NCBI GenBank assembly: GCA_963769935.1
Contig: CAVYNY010000009.1
Coordinates: 192,001 to 256,000 of the forward strand
Source of the DNA: an uncultured delta proteobacterium
GTDB taxonomy: Bacteria > Desulfobacterota > Desulfobacteria > Desulfobacterales > JAFDCJ01
Direction: 5' to 3'
Length of the DNA stretch: 64,000 nt
Part shown: positions 10,828 to 20,435 of the stretch, piece after piece
Layout: every line of letters begins with the position of its first letter
Position numbering within the stretch: position 1 is the first letter of the stretch
Notes under the pieces: model-generated
Told to the model about the DNA's origin: nothing
What the model saw: the letters and a program-made list of their open reading frames with translations, nothing else
The model's database searches: none
Program-made: the position numbers and the translations under genes

Positions 10828-11073
10828 GGATTCAAGTCCGTCGATTTATTCTAAGCTTTAAACCGTTGAACGATTCCCCTTTGGGTATCAATCGATTTCT
10901 GTTAATCATTGAATGCTATATAAAAAACACTATAAAATCAAGCCTCCTGATTTATTCTAGCATTGAAAATCAATCAAATGAGTGCTAAATCTTCTGTTAT
11001 CTTGGGGCTTAGAAGCACCTCTTTGATGGTAAAAAAGTGGTTTTTGTTAAATCCGGAATCCAAAGGAGGGTTT

Positions 11074-11829
11074 ATGCACAGAATCTTCATTTTTTCACTG
11101 GCAATCTTTTTGCTCTGTTTTCAACCTTACGCCCACGGACAGTTGACATCGTCAAAAGATAGTCCGGTTCCGGTTCTAACGGTAAGGGGCAGCGGCGAGG
11201 TAGCGGCAGCTCCGGACCAGGCGCTGGTTCAGCTCGGAGCGGCAGCCCAAAGTGAGAAGGCTGCGGATGCTCAGCAGCAGGTGAACCGTATCGTGGGGGC
11301 GATCCTCAAAGCGGTTAAAGCAGCCGGGATTCCCGCGGAAAACATATCCACCGCTGAATTGACCCTTGGGCCGGTATACGAGCGTGCAAACCGGAGCTCG
11401 GCCGAACAAGCGAAACTTCCCCGTATCGTCGGCTATTCGGCAACCAACGTGGTACGGGTTGAAATTCATGAGATAAATAAAATCGGCGCTGTGATCGACG
11501 CCGGTATCGGTGCCGGGGCCAACAGGCTTGAAGGAATTTCTTTTAAACTGAAAGATGACACTCTTTTCCGCAAAAAGGCCCTGCAACAGGCGGTTTTAAA
11601 TGCCCGCGAAAAGGCCGAGGCGATCACGTCTGCCTTGAACCTTCGCCTGGTTCGAATCCTTGAGATATCCGAAGAAGGTGTCCACACGCTCCAGCCCCAG
11701 TTTCGAACCCTGCGGATGAACAGCGCAGCCGCCGAATCGACCCCGGTCGAACCCGGACGAATCCAGGTAAGCGCTTCGGTTATTATCGGCTATCAGCTCG
11801 AAAGTTCCGCATCGCCGGCTGCAAATTGA
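11074..11829 (+). CDS. SIMPL (DUF541/YggE-like) periplasmic protein
   Basis: GGAGG RBS before ATG 11074; LTVRGSGEVAAAPD, GANRLEGISF, AREKAE, PVEPG motifs. Confidence 0.9.
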   Translation: MHRIFIFSLAIFLLCFQPYAHGQLTSSKDSPVPVLTVRGSGEVAAAPDQALVQLGAAAQSEKAADAQQQVNRIVGAILKAVKAAGIPAENISTAELTLGPVYERANRSSAEQAKLPRIVGYSATNVVRVEIHEINKIGAVIDAGIGAGANRLEGISFKLKDDTLFRKKALQQAVLNAREKAEAITSALNLRLVRILEISEEGVHTLQPQFRTLRMNSAAAESTPVEPGRIQVSASVIIGYQLESSASPAAN

Positions 11830-12082
11830 ATGAGCCCCGGGAGTCCATGAGATAAATTAAGCGGGGATCGGGCCTAATGCCGATGAACGTAAAGTATCCT
11901 GGCCCAGACCGTTTTTAACCTAAACCGATTTTGAGCTATTCTTTTCCAACCAGGAGGAAAATGCTTTAAATTCTCGGTAAGTCGCGCCCGGGCGGGCCAT
12001 CACGCCACGGCCTGGACGCACGGCAAAGCCAATCTCCTCTGATCCGGCCCACAGGACCAGGTTTGCAATCTTGTAGTCAAAA

Positions 12083-13207
12083 TCACAAAGGCGCATCAAA
12101 AGACCCGGCATATCCCGTCAGCTCAACGTAGCCTTCACCTTTTACCGGATGCTTATTTTTGGCACCTTCGATCGCTACACTGCCTTCCCAGTAAGTTACA
12201 CCGGTGCTGCCGAGGGTTCGCATCTCCTGATCGGGTAAATTGGAGGTTATTGTCACATCGATCGACAGGGGCGCGATTTGCATCCGCCAGCGGGAGGGGT
12301 AGCGCGCCTTGGATTGGCTGCTTTTCCAGGTATCCAGGACTGTCACTTTAAAATCACTTTCTGCCAGATGACGAGACTGGCCGGCGGGGTCTACAAAGGT
12401 GCCGCTGGACGCAGGGTTCAATCCACCCCCCGCTTTTCTGAGAAGATAAATCATGATCTCGGTCTGATCCGAAAACTGCAGGCTGAACCAGTCCCATCCG
12501 GTTAAGTCGGCTTCAAGCGGAGCCGTGCTGAATTCGTGGTCCATCCAGGCCGACCCGCTTACCGCAACTGTATTGCCGCCGATGGTGATCCTGCCCTGCC
12601 CTTCGAGTCTGGTGAATGAATAATAGCAGCTGGCCCGTTCCGGCGTCGAGCCCTTGAGGCTGTATCCGTTGTCACCGTGCAATACGGGCGGCTTCGCCGG
12701 TTTGAAATTCAGTGCATAGGAGAAGTCAGCCGAATTTACCTTCAATACATGCGAGTCCGGCCCTATTTGAGCCGACCAGTTTTTAAGGAAGACAAGCGTA
12801 TTTTCCCCCGCTACTTTAACTCCGGCCATGCCTAGCGCCGCACGGGAGACATCTTCAGCCTGCAGGTGCTGGCGGCCGGCGATATCCGAGACGGCCGCGT
12901 GGGCCAGGTAAACCTGTCGGGTGCGCCAGGCCGACGGATGCCGGGGCCATTTCTGATCAGCTCCCGGCGGACTGATTTGGCTGCGAAAAAAGGTCAGCTG
13001 AAAGCCGTATGGGTCTCCATTGGCAGATTTGAGATTGCCGGTGTAGTACCACCATTCGGTGCGATAGCCCGGATGCGCGCCGTGGTCTCTGGGAAACTCG
13101 AGATTGCAGGGACCGGTAACGGAAAGATAATTCCCGGCTTCTTCGCCGGTCACGGACCAAGCAGTTAAAAAAAACAGCAGGAAGAAATGAATTAAAATTT
13201 TTTTCAA
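12083..13207 (-). CDS. AttH/CrtC-like lipocalin-domain secreted protein
   Basis: FPRDHGAHP..EWWYYTG, AWMDHEFS, GWDWF, YWEG and GYVELTGY motifs; downstream of ABC genes. Confidence 0.88.
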   Translation of the reverse strand: MKKILIHFFLLFFLTAWSVTGEEAGNYLSVTGPCNLEFPRDHGAHPGYRTEWWYYTGNLKSANGDPYGFQLTFFRSQISPPGADQKWPRHPSAWRTRQVYLAHAAVSDIAGRQHLQAEDVSRAALGMAGVKVAGENTLVFLKNWSAQIGPDSHVLKVNSADFSYALNFKPAKPPVLHGDNGYSLKGSTPERASCYYSFTRLEGQGRITIGGNTVAVSGSAWMDHEFSTAPLEADLTGWDWFSLQFSDQTEIMIYLLRKAGGGLNPASSGTFVDPAGQSRHLAESDFKVTVLDTWKSSQSKARYPSRWRMQIAPLSIDVTITSNLPDQEMRTLGSTGVTYWEGSVAIEGAKNKHPVKGEGYVELTGYAGSFDAPL

Positions 13208-13247
13208 ATAGCTATTCCCTCTCCATCTCTCCCGATATCTTTATTTT

Positions 13248-13272
13248 AATCGCGGATAGAAGCCGCTCCCAC
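13248..13272 (-). repeat. REP-like palindrome (GTGGGAG type)
   Basis: Minus strand reads GTGGGAGCGGCTTCTATCCGCGATT; related copy at 61240-61264. Confidence 0.6.
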
Positions 13273-13312
13273 CGGGCTGCGAACAGAGATTCATTAAAAT
13301 TGACAGAATACC

Positions 13313-13355
13313 GCAATTTTAGGCATTTTAGGCATTTTGCAATTTTAGGCAATTC
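13313..13355. repeat. 9-mer tandem tract (ATTTTAGGC)n
   Basis: GCAATTTTAGGCATTTTAGGCATTTTGCAATTTTAGGCAATT. Confidence 0.8.
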
Positions 13356-13425
13356 TTTGAGTGGCTTCTTCTTTCAAGTAAAATATATTTTGGCGCGAAA
13401 AGCACAAAATCAGATTCGAAGCGCA

Positions 13426-16014
13426 CTACCTCTCCCGCAGCAGGGTTGCCGGCGGCTCCCTGAATACCATGCGTATGGCCGGCAGAGCGGCGGCCAGCGC
13501 GGTCAGGATAATCAGCGGCAGCGACAGGCCCAGGGTCCACCAGTCGACGCTATACAGAAACGTCCAGCCGAAGGATTGCCGGTTGATCACGTAGACCAGC
13601 AAATATGACAGAATGAAGCCGCACCCAATTCCGGCCAGCTCGCCGGCCACCACCATAAATGCCGCTTCCCAGATGATTATTTTACGAATCTGCCCGAAAC
13701 CGGCGCCGATTGCAAACAGGGTATTTAACTGGCGCGAACGTTCCAAAACCAGAACGGTCAGCGTGGTGGCAATTCCCAAAGCCGCGATGACAAGGGCGAT
13801 CAGCAGCAGTACCGTGGTAACCGCAAAGGTTTCATCAAATACCCGCAGGATGCCCTCGCGTAATTCGCGACCGCTGATGATATCAAGCATGTCGCCCCAG
13901 CGCTCGATTATTTTCGTGCGAAATTGCGCCACCGCCCGGCTGATATCCCGGGTGCGGTCTCGAAAAAAAAACCGGGAGCCGCCCCAGCCGGGATCATGAT
14001 AGCGTTCAATGAAGGGCTGCAGGGGATAAAAAACTACCCCGCCCTGGGTGCGATAGTCGCGTACCACCCCTAAAACCGGCAGTTCCACCAGGGATTTTTC
14101 AATCCTGGCGCGAAACAGATCACCGACGGCCAAGCCGGTGCGGTTTGCAAATACTTCCGAAATAACGACGCCTTCGCCCTTTCTTAATCGCGGACGGATA
14201 GTATCCGGATTGCCCTTCATCCAGAAAAAGTCGGCATATTTGAAGAAAATATTCAGGTCCAGCACTTCAAATTCATAAGGGAAATTATTGTAGCTGAGAA
14301 AATACCGCCGGTTGGGTACGGCTTCGACTTCCCCGGCCTGGGATCTAAACCAGGCCGCCACTTGCTCCGGGATGGGGTAGCGAAACTGATTCATCTCATT
14401 TAATTTCATGGTCACGAACAGATCCCCGCTGACCGTCTGATAGGCCCAGATTTCAACCGTTCGCCGAAAGCTGAATATCATGATAACCAGCGAAGCAAAC
14501 AGGGCCACAGCCGTGATTAAAGCCCCCACGGAAACCGCGGTGCGGGTGCCGCTGTCCCGGATATACCGTCCGGCCAGATAAGCGGGTATCCCGGCTACCC
14601 GAAGCAGAGCAGGTGACAGGATACTGCCCATCCGGGTCAGGAACCAGGGCGCCAGCAAAGAAAATCCAATAAAAAGCAGCACAACTGCCACATATCCCGG
14701 AAGCGGAATGCCCACTACACCGGGAAGCATTGACAGCGGCAAAACCAGCGCAATACATATCAAGCCGCCGCCGGCAAGCTTACGGGGAGATTTTTTCACC
14801 TGCATGCCATGCTGGGAAATTTCCAGCGCTTCTTTGGGAGACACCAGCATCGCCTCCCGGGCCGGCTGCAATGCTGCCAGCACGGAAATAAAAACCGTTA
14901 CGACGAAGCTCAAGGCAATTTCCCAGGGGCTGAGGGAGAGTCGATCCACCTGAACCCGCACAAAAAGAATGGATATTGTCCGGCTGACGCCATGCAGCAT
15001 ATATTTGACCAGAAAACTGCTGATGGGCATGGCTGCAATCCAGCCGGCCAGGCCGAAAAGCGCCCCTTCCGCCAGAAAAACATAAAAGAGAAGATAAGAG
15101 GAAGCTCCGGTGGAGCGCAATACAGCCAGTTCGTGACGACGAGAGGCGGCGTTTAGTGCCACCAGGCTGTAAACCAGAAACATACCCACGAACAAGGATG
15201 CAAAACTCAAAATGGAAAGATTCATCTGGTAGGCCCGGATCATCCCCCGGCCGCTTTCTTTGGCAGCCGACGGCGACCCCATCACAACGCTGTCGGGCAG
15301 CATGCGGCGAATCTCTGTCAGCGCCCGCTTGCCGGCGTCCGGCTTAAGCTGCAAATCAATGCGGTCCACCAGCCCGTAGAGGCCGGTGAATTCCTGAAAG
15401 GTGGCGATATCGGTAATTGCCACCCGTCCGCCTTCCACCAGGGCCAGGCCTTCCGGCTGCATAATTCCGGCCACCCGGAATTCGGCTTTCCGGCCGGCAA
15501 GCACCAGCGTGAGCGAATCGCCGGGGCTGCATTCATATTTGAGCGCCAGCGGTTGACCAATGATAATGGTATTGGGTTCTCTGATTAAATCCAGCCAGGC
15601 TTCAGTTTCGGGCCGGCCGGCGTCGGTGATTTGCCATTCTCGAAGAGTTCGATCCAGAATCGGGTCAAGGCCGATTAAGAGAAAGGGATCGGACGGCGGC
15701 GGCATTGGTTTGACATAGGTGGTCAGTATCGGCGAAGCAGCGGCAACCGCCGGATGCTTCAACAAAAGGGGGACCAATTCCTCGGGCACATGGCCTCCGG
15801 GCTGGATTAGAACCCGGTCGGCGCGGCCGGCAATCAGATCCATGCTTTTGCTGAAGGAATCCAGCGAGGCATGCACGGAAAGCCGCACGCTGGTGAATAC
15901 CGCGGCTCCCAGGGCAATCCCGCAAAGCACGGTGAGCGCCCGGCCCGGGTGCTTGCGCATGTTGCGCAGGCTGAACCAGATAAAAAATTTAATGAAGAAC
16001 AAGATGCGAGGCAC
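13426..16014 (-). CDS. FtsX/MacB-like ABC transporter permease (AttFG-like, duplicated)
   Basis: Two MacB_PCD/FtsX halves (RRHELAVLRSTGAS; ERSRQLNTLFAIGA; VINRQSFGWT). Confidence 0.9.
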   Translation of the reverse strand: MPRILFFIKFFIWFSLRNMRKHPGRALTVLCGIALGAAVFTSVRLSVHASLDSFSKSMDLIAGRADRVLIQPGGHVPEELVPLLLKHPAVAAASPILTTYVKPMPPPSDPFLLIGLDPILDRTLREWQITDAGRPETEAWLDLIREPNTIIIGQPLALKYECSPGDSLTLVLAGRKAEFRVAGIMQPEGLALVEGGRVAITDIATFQEFTGLYGLVDRIDLQLKPDAGKRALTEIRRMLPDSVVMGSPSAAKESGRGMIRAYQMNLSILSFASLFVGMFLVYSLVALNAASRRHELAVLRSTGASSYLLFYVFLAEGALFGLAGWIAAMPISSFLVKYMLHGVSRTISILFVRVQVDRLSLSPWEIALSFVVTVFISVLAALQPAREAMLVSPKEALEISQHGMQVKKSPRKLAGGGLICIALVLPLSMLPGVVGIPLPGYVAVVLLFIGFSLLAPWFLTRMGSILSPALLRVAGIPAYLAGRYIRDSGTRTAVSVGALITAVALFASLVIMIFSFRRTVEIWAYQTVSGDLFVTMKLNEMNQFRYPIPEQVAAWFRSQAGEVEAVPNRRYFLSYNNFPYEFEVLDLNIFFKYADFFWMKGNPDTIRPRLRKGEGVVISEVFANRTGLAVGDLFRARIEKSLVELPVLGVVRDYRTQGGVVFYPLQPFIERYHDPGWGGSRFFFRDRTRDISRAVAQFRTKIIERWGDMLDIISGRELREGILRVFDETFAVTTVLLLIALVIAALGIATTLTVLVLERSRQLNTLFAIGAGFGQIRKIIIWEAAFMVVAGELAGIGCGFILSYLLVYVINRQSFGWTFLYSVDWWTLGLSLPLIILTALAAALPAIRMVFREPPATLLRER

Positions 16015-16134
16015 TGTTTATTGAGTTTATTGGGTTTATTGGGTTTATGGCGCTTATCCGCCAGCTGATAGCTCATAGCTCATAGTTGATAGTTGATAAA
16101 CGGCTTGGAGGCCGGGAAGCTGGGAGGCTCGGAG
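16015..16134. repeat. Stacked tandem tracts: 9-mer GTTTATTGG, 7-mer TAGCTCA/TAGTTGA, 8-mer GCTGGGAG
   Basis: Three different short tandem families fill the 120-bp gap between the ATPase and permease genes. Confidence 0.85.
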
Positions 16135-16136
16135 AC

Positions 16137-16844
16137 TTAGAAATCGGATATCATTCCGTCCTTGAGGCTGATTTTTATCGTGGCCATGGAATCAGCCAGG
16201 GTGCTGTGAGTCGCGATGACGACCGTTCGCTTCCATTGGCGATTCAGGTCGGCCAGCAGTTCAACGACAAGCCGGCCGTTGCGGCTGTCTAAATTCCCGG
16301 TTGGCTCATCCGCCAGGATAATGGCGGGATCATTTATCAGCGCTCGGGCGATGGCCGTCCGCTGCATTTCGCCGCCGGAAAGCTGAGCCGGAAGGTGGGT
16401 CAGGCGGTCTGTAAGGCCGAGCCAGTCTAAAAATTCCATGGCGTTTGATTTGATCCGACCGAATGGCTTGCCGGCCAACAGCCCGGGCAGACTGACATTT
16501 TCCAGCACATTTAAAGTGGGCATCAAATTAAAAGACTGGAAAACCATCCCCACAACATCCCGCCGGAAATGCGTGAGCGCCGCATCCGAGGCCCGGGCCA
16601 AATCATGATCGGCAACCGTTAAGTCACCGCGGGTGGGTCGATCCAGCCCGGCCAGCAGAGACAACAATGTGCTCTTGCCGGACCCGCTGTCACCCTTAAG
16701 GACAACCAGCTCACCGGCAGCAATTTCAAAGTTGAGTTGATTGATACCGATAACTTCACTGCCGCCCAGCCGATAGGTGCGCGTCAGGTTATGGGCCCTG
16801 ATTAACGGAAATATATTGGGAGATTGCATGGTTTGGTAAAACAA
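16137..16844 (-). CDS. ABC transporter ATP-binding protein (LolD/AttE-like)
   Basis: GDSGSGKST, LSGGEMQR, ILADEPTGNLD. Start may be 16829. Confidence 0.93.
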   Translation of the reverse strand: MFYQTMQSPNIFPLIRAHNLTRTYRLGGSEVIGINQLNFEIAAGELVVLKGDSGSGKSTLLSLLAGLDRPTRGDLTVADHDLARASDAALTHFRRDVVGMVFQSFNLMPTLNVLENVSLPGLLAGKPFGRIKSNAMEFLDWLGLTDRLTHLPAQLSGGEMQRTAIARALINDPAIILADEPTGNLDSRNGRLVVELLADLNRQWKRTVVIATHSTLADSMATIKISLKDGMISDF

Positions 16845-16887
16845 CGGCGTGTTAAACTAATAACCAATAACAAATATCTTTTGATCT

Positions 16888-17265
16888 TCAATTTGTTTTA
16901 TTCCGCAGGGCATAAAAGGCAAACAACAGCCAGCCGCCCATAAGACACAACCCACCTGCCGGTGTCAGGATGCTGAAGAAGCGAATTTTGGTTAAACTGA
17001 TTAAATATAGATTTCCCTGAAATAAAACCGTTCCGGCAACAAACAGCCAGCCGGGCAGCTGAAACGGAATGTTCGGGTGGCGGTCACGGGCGAAACCCAG
17101 CAGGATCAGGGCCAAGCCGTGATAAAACATATAGCTGGTGGCCAAATCAAAATTGGACAGGCCGCCTGAATTGCTGAGATGGGCTTTCAGCGCATGCGCG
17201 CCCAAGGCCCCGGCCACAACCGCCAGAAAGCAGGTAAAGGCGCCGATGGTTCCAAATATTTTCAT
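16888..17265 (-). CDS. DUF423 (YgdD/TMEM256) family membrane protein
   Basis: GALGAHAL, YMFYHGLAL, LFQGNLY and TPAGG motifs. Confidence 0.88.
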   Translation of the reverse strand: MKIFGTIGAFTCFLAVVAGALGAHALKAHLSNSGGLSNFDLATSYMFYHGLALILLGFARDRHPNIPFQLPGWLFVAGTVLFQGNLYLISLTKIRFFSILTPAGGLCLMGGWLLFAFYALRNKTN

Positions 17266-17339
17266 TAATTTCCCAACCCGCTCAAGCCGAAATATGATTA
17301 AAGTGAGCTAAAAGTTCTTGTTTAAAGTATTCAAAACTA

Positions 17340-17382
17340 CGGTCGTTTTGATGGTTAAGATCGTTTGGATCGTTTTGTTCGA
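17340..17382. repeat. Degenerate 9-mer tandem tract (GATCGTTnn)
   Basis: GGTCGTTTTGATGGTTAAGATCGTTTGGATCGTTTTG; same family as 30701-30785. Confidence 0.7.
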
Positions 17383-17444
17383 CCTTTTTGATTAAATGGC
17401 CAAATCATTGAATCGAGGGCAACACATTTAGCGGCACACAGCGC

Positions 17445-18101
17445 CTATTTTGCGAGAAATCCTTGCCGTACGGCATCTTCAATCAAGGCACTCACATAAT
17501 CCCAGAGAACGGGGGCACCGTCTTTCACGGGGCGCATGCGCCGGTGAACCTGACCGCTTTTTATATCGTTCGCCTGCCAGGTTTCGCCAGCGGTAAAGTA
17601 GTTGTTCAGCATCGGCTGAACCCGGTCCAGGGCATTGGCAAATCTGGATTCAGGCGTTTCTCTTTTTTCGAACTCATCCCACAGCGCCCGCAGGGCAGCG
17701 GCCTGATCGGCCGGCAGCAGGCCGAAAACCCGCTGCGCGGCTATTTCCTCCCGCCGGTGCTGATCTTTTCTGCCATTGTCATCATAACAGTAGGTATCGC
17801 CGGCATCGATTTCGACCAGGTCATGAATCAGCAGCATTTTCATCACATGAAAAAAATCAATATCCGTTTCCTTTGAGTATTCCGACATAATCAGCACCAT
17901 CAGGGCGATATGCCAGGAGTGCTCGGCCGAATTTTCACGGCGGCGGTGATCCAGCAAGATGGTTTTACGCCGGACATGCTTGAGTTTGTCGGCTTCCAGA
18001 ATAAATTCAATCTGTTTTTTGAACCTTTTCGATTCAGCACACGGTATGACGGGGGCCACCTGTTTGCCGGCGGCTGATTCTTCGGATGATTTCGGTGGCA
18101 T
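17445..18101 (-). CDS. HD-domain hydrolase (HDDC2/YfbR-like)
   Basis: ENSAEHSWH, IHDLVEIDAGD, ANALDRVQP; GGGAG RBS before ATG 18101. Confidence 0.88.
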   Translation of the reverse strand: MPPKSSEESAAGKQVAPVIPCAESKRFKKQIEFILEADKLKHVRRKTILLDHRRRENSAEHSWHIALMVLIMSEYSKETDIDFFHVMKMLLIHDLVEIDAGDTYCYDDNGRKDQHRREEIAAQRVFGLLPADQAAALRALWDEFEKRETPESRFANALDRVQPMLNNYFTAGETWQANDIKSGQVHRRMRPVKDGAPVLWDYVSALIEDAVRQGFLAK

Positions 18102-18149
18102 TATTCGGCTCCCTGTTTGATGTTGGTGCAAAGATCCTCATTCAGATCT

Positions 18150-19646
18150 TTAGGGATTCGGCTTTTTTAGTGTTTCCCGCACCTGCAGCCAGTCGTTTAT
18201 TTCAAGCAGTGTCTGTGTTAAATGATAGCGGCCGCCGGCATACACGCCATAGTCGCCGCCGCAGCCCATGGCTGAAGCAAAGCGGATGGTGTTGCCATAA
18301 AATTGCCATGCATCCGTCCATTTTTTCTCAATGGCTTCGTCAAAGGGGTTGGTTTTGAAGTCGGCCAAACCCTGCTGCCAGATATCATCCATGATTTGGG
18401 TTGCCGTTAGAAGGTCCGCATTGGTTTCTTGGATGGTATGCTCGAGTCTTTGCCACTGACCGTCGACCCAGGCGGTGCTGTGGCAATTCAAACAAGCGGC
18501 CTGCATGGCCTTTTGTCTTGCTTGTCTTTCTTTTTCGTCGATCAGATAAGCGGCGGCAAAGCTACCGTCCAGACCGGTCGGCAGCGGCTGGCCGTCTTGG
18601 TTGCGAATTACGGTTGTATCCGGATTTTGCGGGTGCGGGTGAGCATATATCAATCCGAAAAGCCGCCAGGGCAGGCGATTGTTCATCTGGTGGGTTCTTT
18701 CGGAAACCATCTTCTCATCCGCATTCACCAGCAGGCTGATATGACAGGCGGCACAGGTGGGTGCCGTGAAATCCTTGCCGATGGTCCAGGGGACGGCAGT
18801 GAAGTTCCATGATTGGCTCACCGACGCAAAGATGCTGCCGTGTTTGCTGGCCGCATAAACCTTATAAGCGGGTGCATCGGGCCCGACGTGACATTCCCGG
18901 CAGGTGTTCGGTTTGCGCGCCATCTCGATCGAAAAGCCGTGGCGGGTGTGGCAGGCGGTGCAGGCTCCCAGGCTGCCGTCCAAATTGATACGACCGACGC
19001 CCTGATTGGGCCAGCCTTCAATGACGGGAAATTTCAATTCGCCGGCAAGTTCCGTCTCCCGGGTTTGAGTGCCGGTTACCTTCAGCTTTGTTCCATGGCA
19101 GTAATAGCAGGTCTCAGCCCGGGTTGCTTCACCGGCCGGTTCAAAGGCTATTTTCCCATTCGTATTTTTTTTCCTGCCGATGATACTGGTTTCAAGCTTT
19201 TGATATAAAGGGTTGGCGGCCAGATTATCATAGGCATGGGCCATCAGATTTTCGGCGTATTGCTTATTTTCCACAGAATGGCAGACGGCGCAGTCCTGCG
19301 GGCTGACAACCACATGAATGTTATAGCCGTTGTGCTCAAAGGTATCGGTGTGGGCTTGAGGCCTGAGAGTGTGGCATTCCGCACAGCCAACGCTGGTATC
19401 CAGCAGGTTGGCAGGCACCGTTTGGCTGGAAACTTTCAGGGCCAGGCCTTCGGCAGCCATAGCGTGCCGGGGTGTGGTCAGGGCATGACGGCTGTTTTGC
19501 CAGTCCTTAACGATGCCGGGATGAATCACCGTGTGACATTCCAGGCAGTCTGCGGTGGCTTCACTGGCCGGCAGGTCTGCCGGAATCGCATTTGCCGCAT
19601 AAAAAACAACACTGCCGGCCATCAGCGCAATCAGGAGATTTTTCAT
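18150..19646 (-). CDS. Periplasmic octaheme cytochrome c, hydroxylamine-oxidoreductase-like family
   Basis: Signal peptide and eight CxxCH motifs (CLECH, CAECH, CAVCH, CYYCH, CTACH, CRECH, CAACH, CLNCH); HAO-like WPNQGVGRIN..GACTACHTRH and APTCAACH. Confidence 0.85.
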   Translation of the reverse strand: MKNLLIALMAGSVVFYAANAIPADLPASEATADCLECHTVIHPGIVKDWQNSRHALTTPRHAMAAEGLALKVSSQTVPANLLDTSVGCAECHTLRPQAHTDTFEHNGYNIHVVVSPQDCAVCHSVENKQYAENLMAHAYDNLAANPLYQKLETSIIGRKKNTNGKIAFEPAGEATRAETCYYCHGTKLKVTGTQTRETELAGELKFPVIEGWPNQGVGRINLDGSLGACTACHTRHGFSIEMARKPNTCRECHVGPDAPAYKVYAASKHGSIFASVSQSWNFTAVPWTIGKDFTAPTCAACHISLLVNADEKMVSERTHQMNNRLPWRLFGLIYAHPHPQNPDTTVIRNQDGQPLPTGLDGSFAAAYLIDEKERQARQKAMQAACLNCHSTAWVDGQWQRLEHTIQETNADLLTATQIMDDIWQQGLADFKTNPFDEAIEKKWTDAWQFYGNTIRFASAMGCGGDYGVYAGGRYHLTQTLLEINDWLQVRETLKKPNP

Positions 19647-19890
19647 GGCGGGCTCCTTTTTTTGCCGGAGTTAGTGTGCAATCACCTTGCGCTTTTCAGG
19701 CAGAATGACATACATCATTTCACTTACGGACACGGCGTTCTGCGAGTCTAACCTCATACGGTGATTTTAGAACCAACTAGTCAATGGGCCGATACGCTAT
19801 TAACCCTGACATTGAAAATCTGGTGTTCTGAGTCAGGAATCCTTACTGTCAAGCGGTGTATAGCATGTAAGGCGTTAATTGTCCAAGGGT

Positions 19891-20271
19891 TTAAGCTGCC
19901 TGGCTATCCCCGATCAGCGGCAGTTCCTTGGTCACATTGAAAATTACCAGATATTTGGATTCGTCCCGGGCATCGATATATAGGCGTTTGCGCAATGATT
20001 CTAAAAGCTCCGTATCCTGCTCTTCCCGCACCTTGGTCAAATAGAGCCGCTTGCCCTTGTATCCGGGACCATGCTCGATGAACGTATAGGTTGCATGGGA
20101 ATTGGACTGCAAATTGTGATGGGTGAGTCGATCCCGCATGATGAATGCCAGGCTTCCGTCTTCCATGATGTTGGGTCTGGCGTAAACCGCCGCATCCACT
20201 TTACCGTCACCGTCTGCGGTAGCCAGAATTCCGGTGCCTTTCGCATTTTCAAAATATTCTTTAAGCGCCAT
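19891..20271 (-). CDS. Pyridoxamine 5'-phosphate oxidase-like FMN-binding protein
   Basis: GILATADGDGKVDAAVYARP..LTHHNLQSN split-barrel pattern. Confidence 0.8.
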   Translation of the reverse strand: MALKEYFENAKGTGILATADGDGKVDAAVYARPNIMEDGSLAFIMRDRLTHHNLQSNSHATYTFIEHGPGYKGKRLYLTKVREEQDTELLESLRKRLYIDARDESKYLVIFNVTKELPLIGDSQAA

Positions 20272-20435
20272 TTGATTCTCCTCAATGTTTGCAAAATTGG
20301 TTTAAATTGTGATAATACAATGTTAGAAATTAATACAAAAAACAATAAATAAAAGGGGTCGTTGGAATGAAAATATTTGCATAATTAATTCGGGCTGAAA
20401 AATAATAAACAATTTGCCATCACAGGAGGTAATCC

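Noticed and set aside
11920..12111. 63-aa ORF or gene remnant downstream of the AttH-like gene
   Set aside because: No recognisable family or RBS; it overlaps the upstream gene.
19672..19758. 28-codon ORF upstream of the octaheme gene
   Set aside because: No RBS or motif support.
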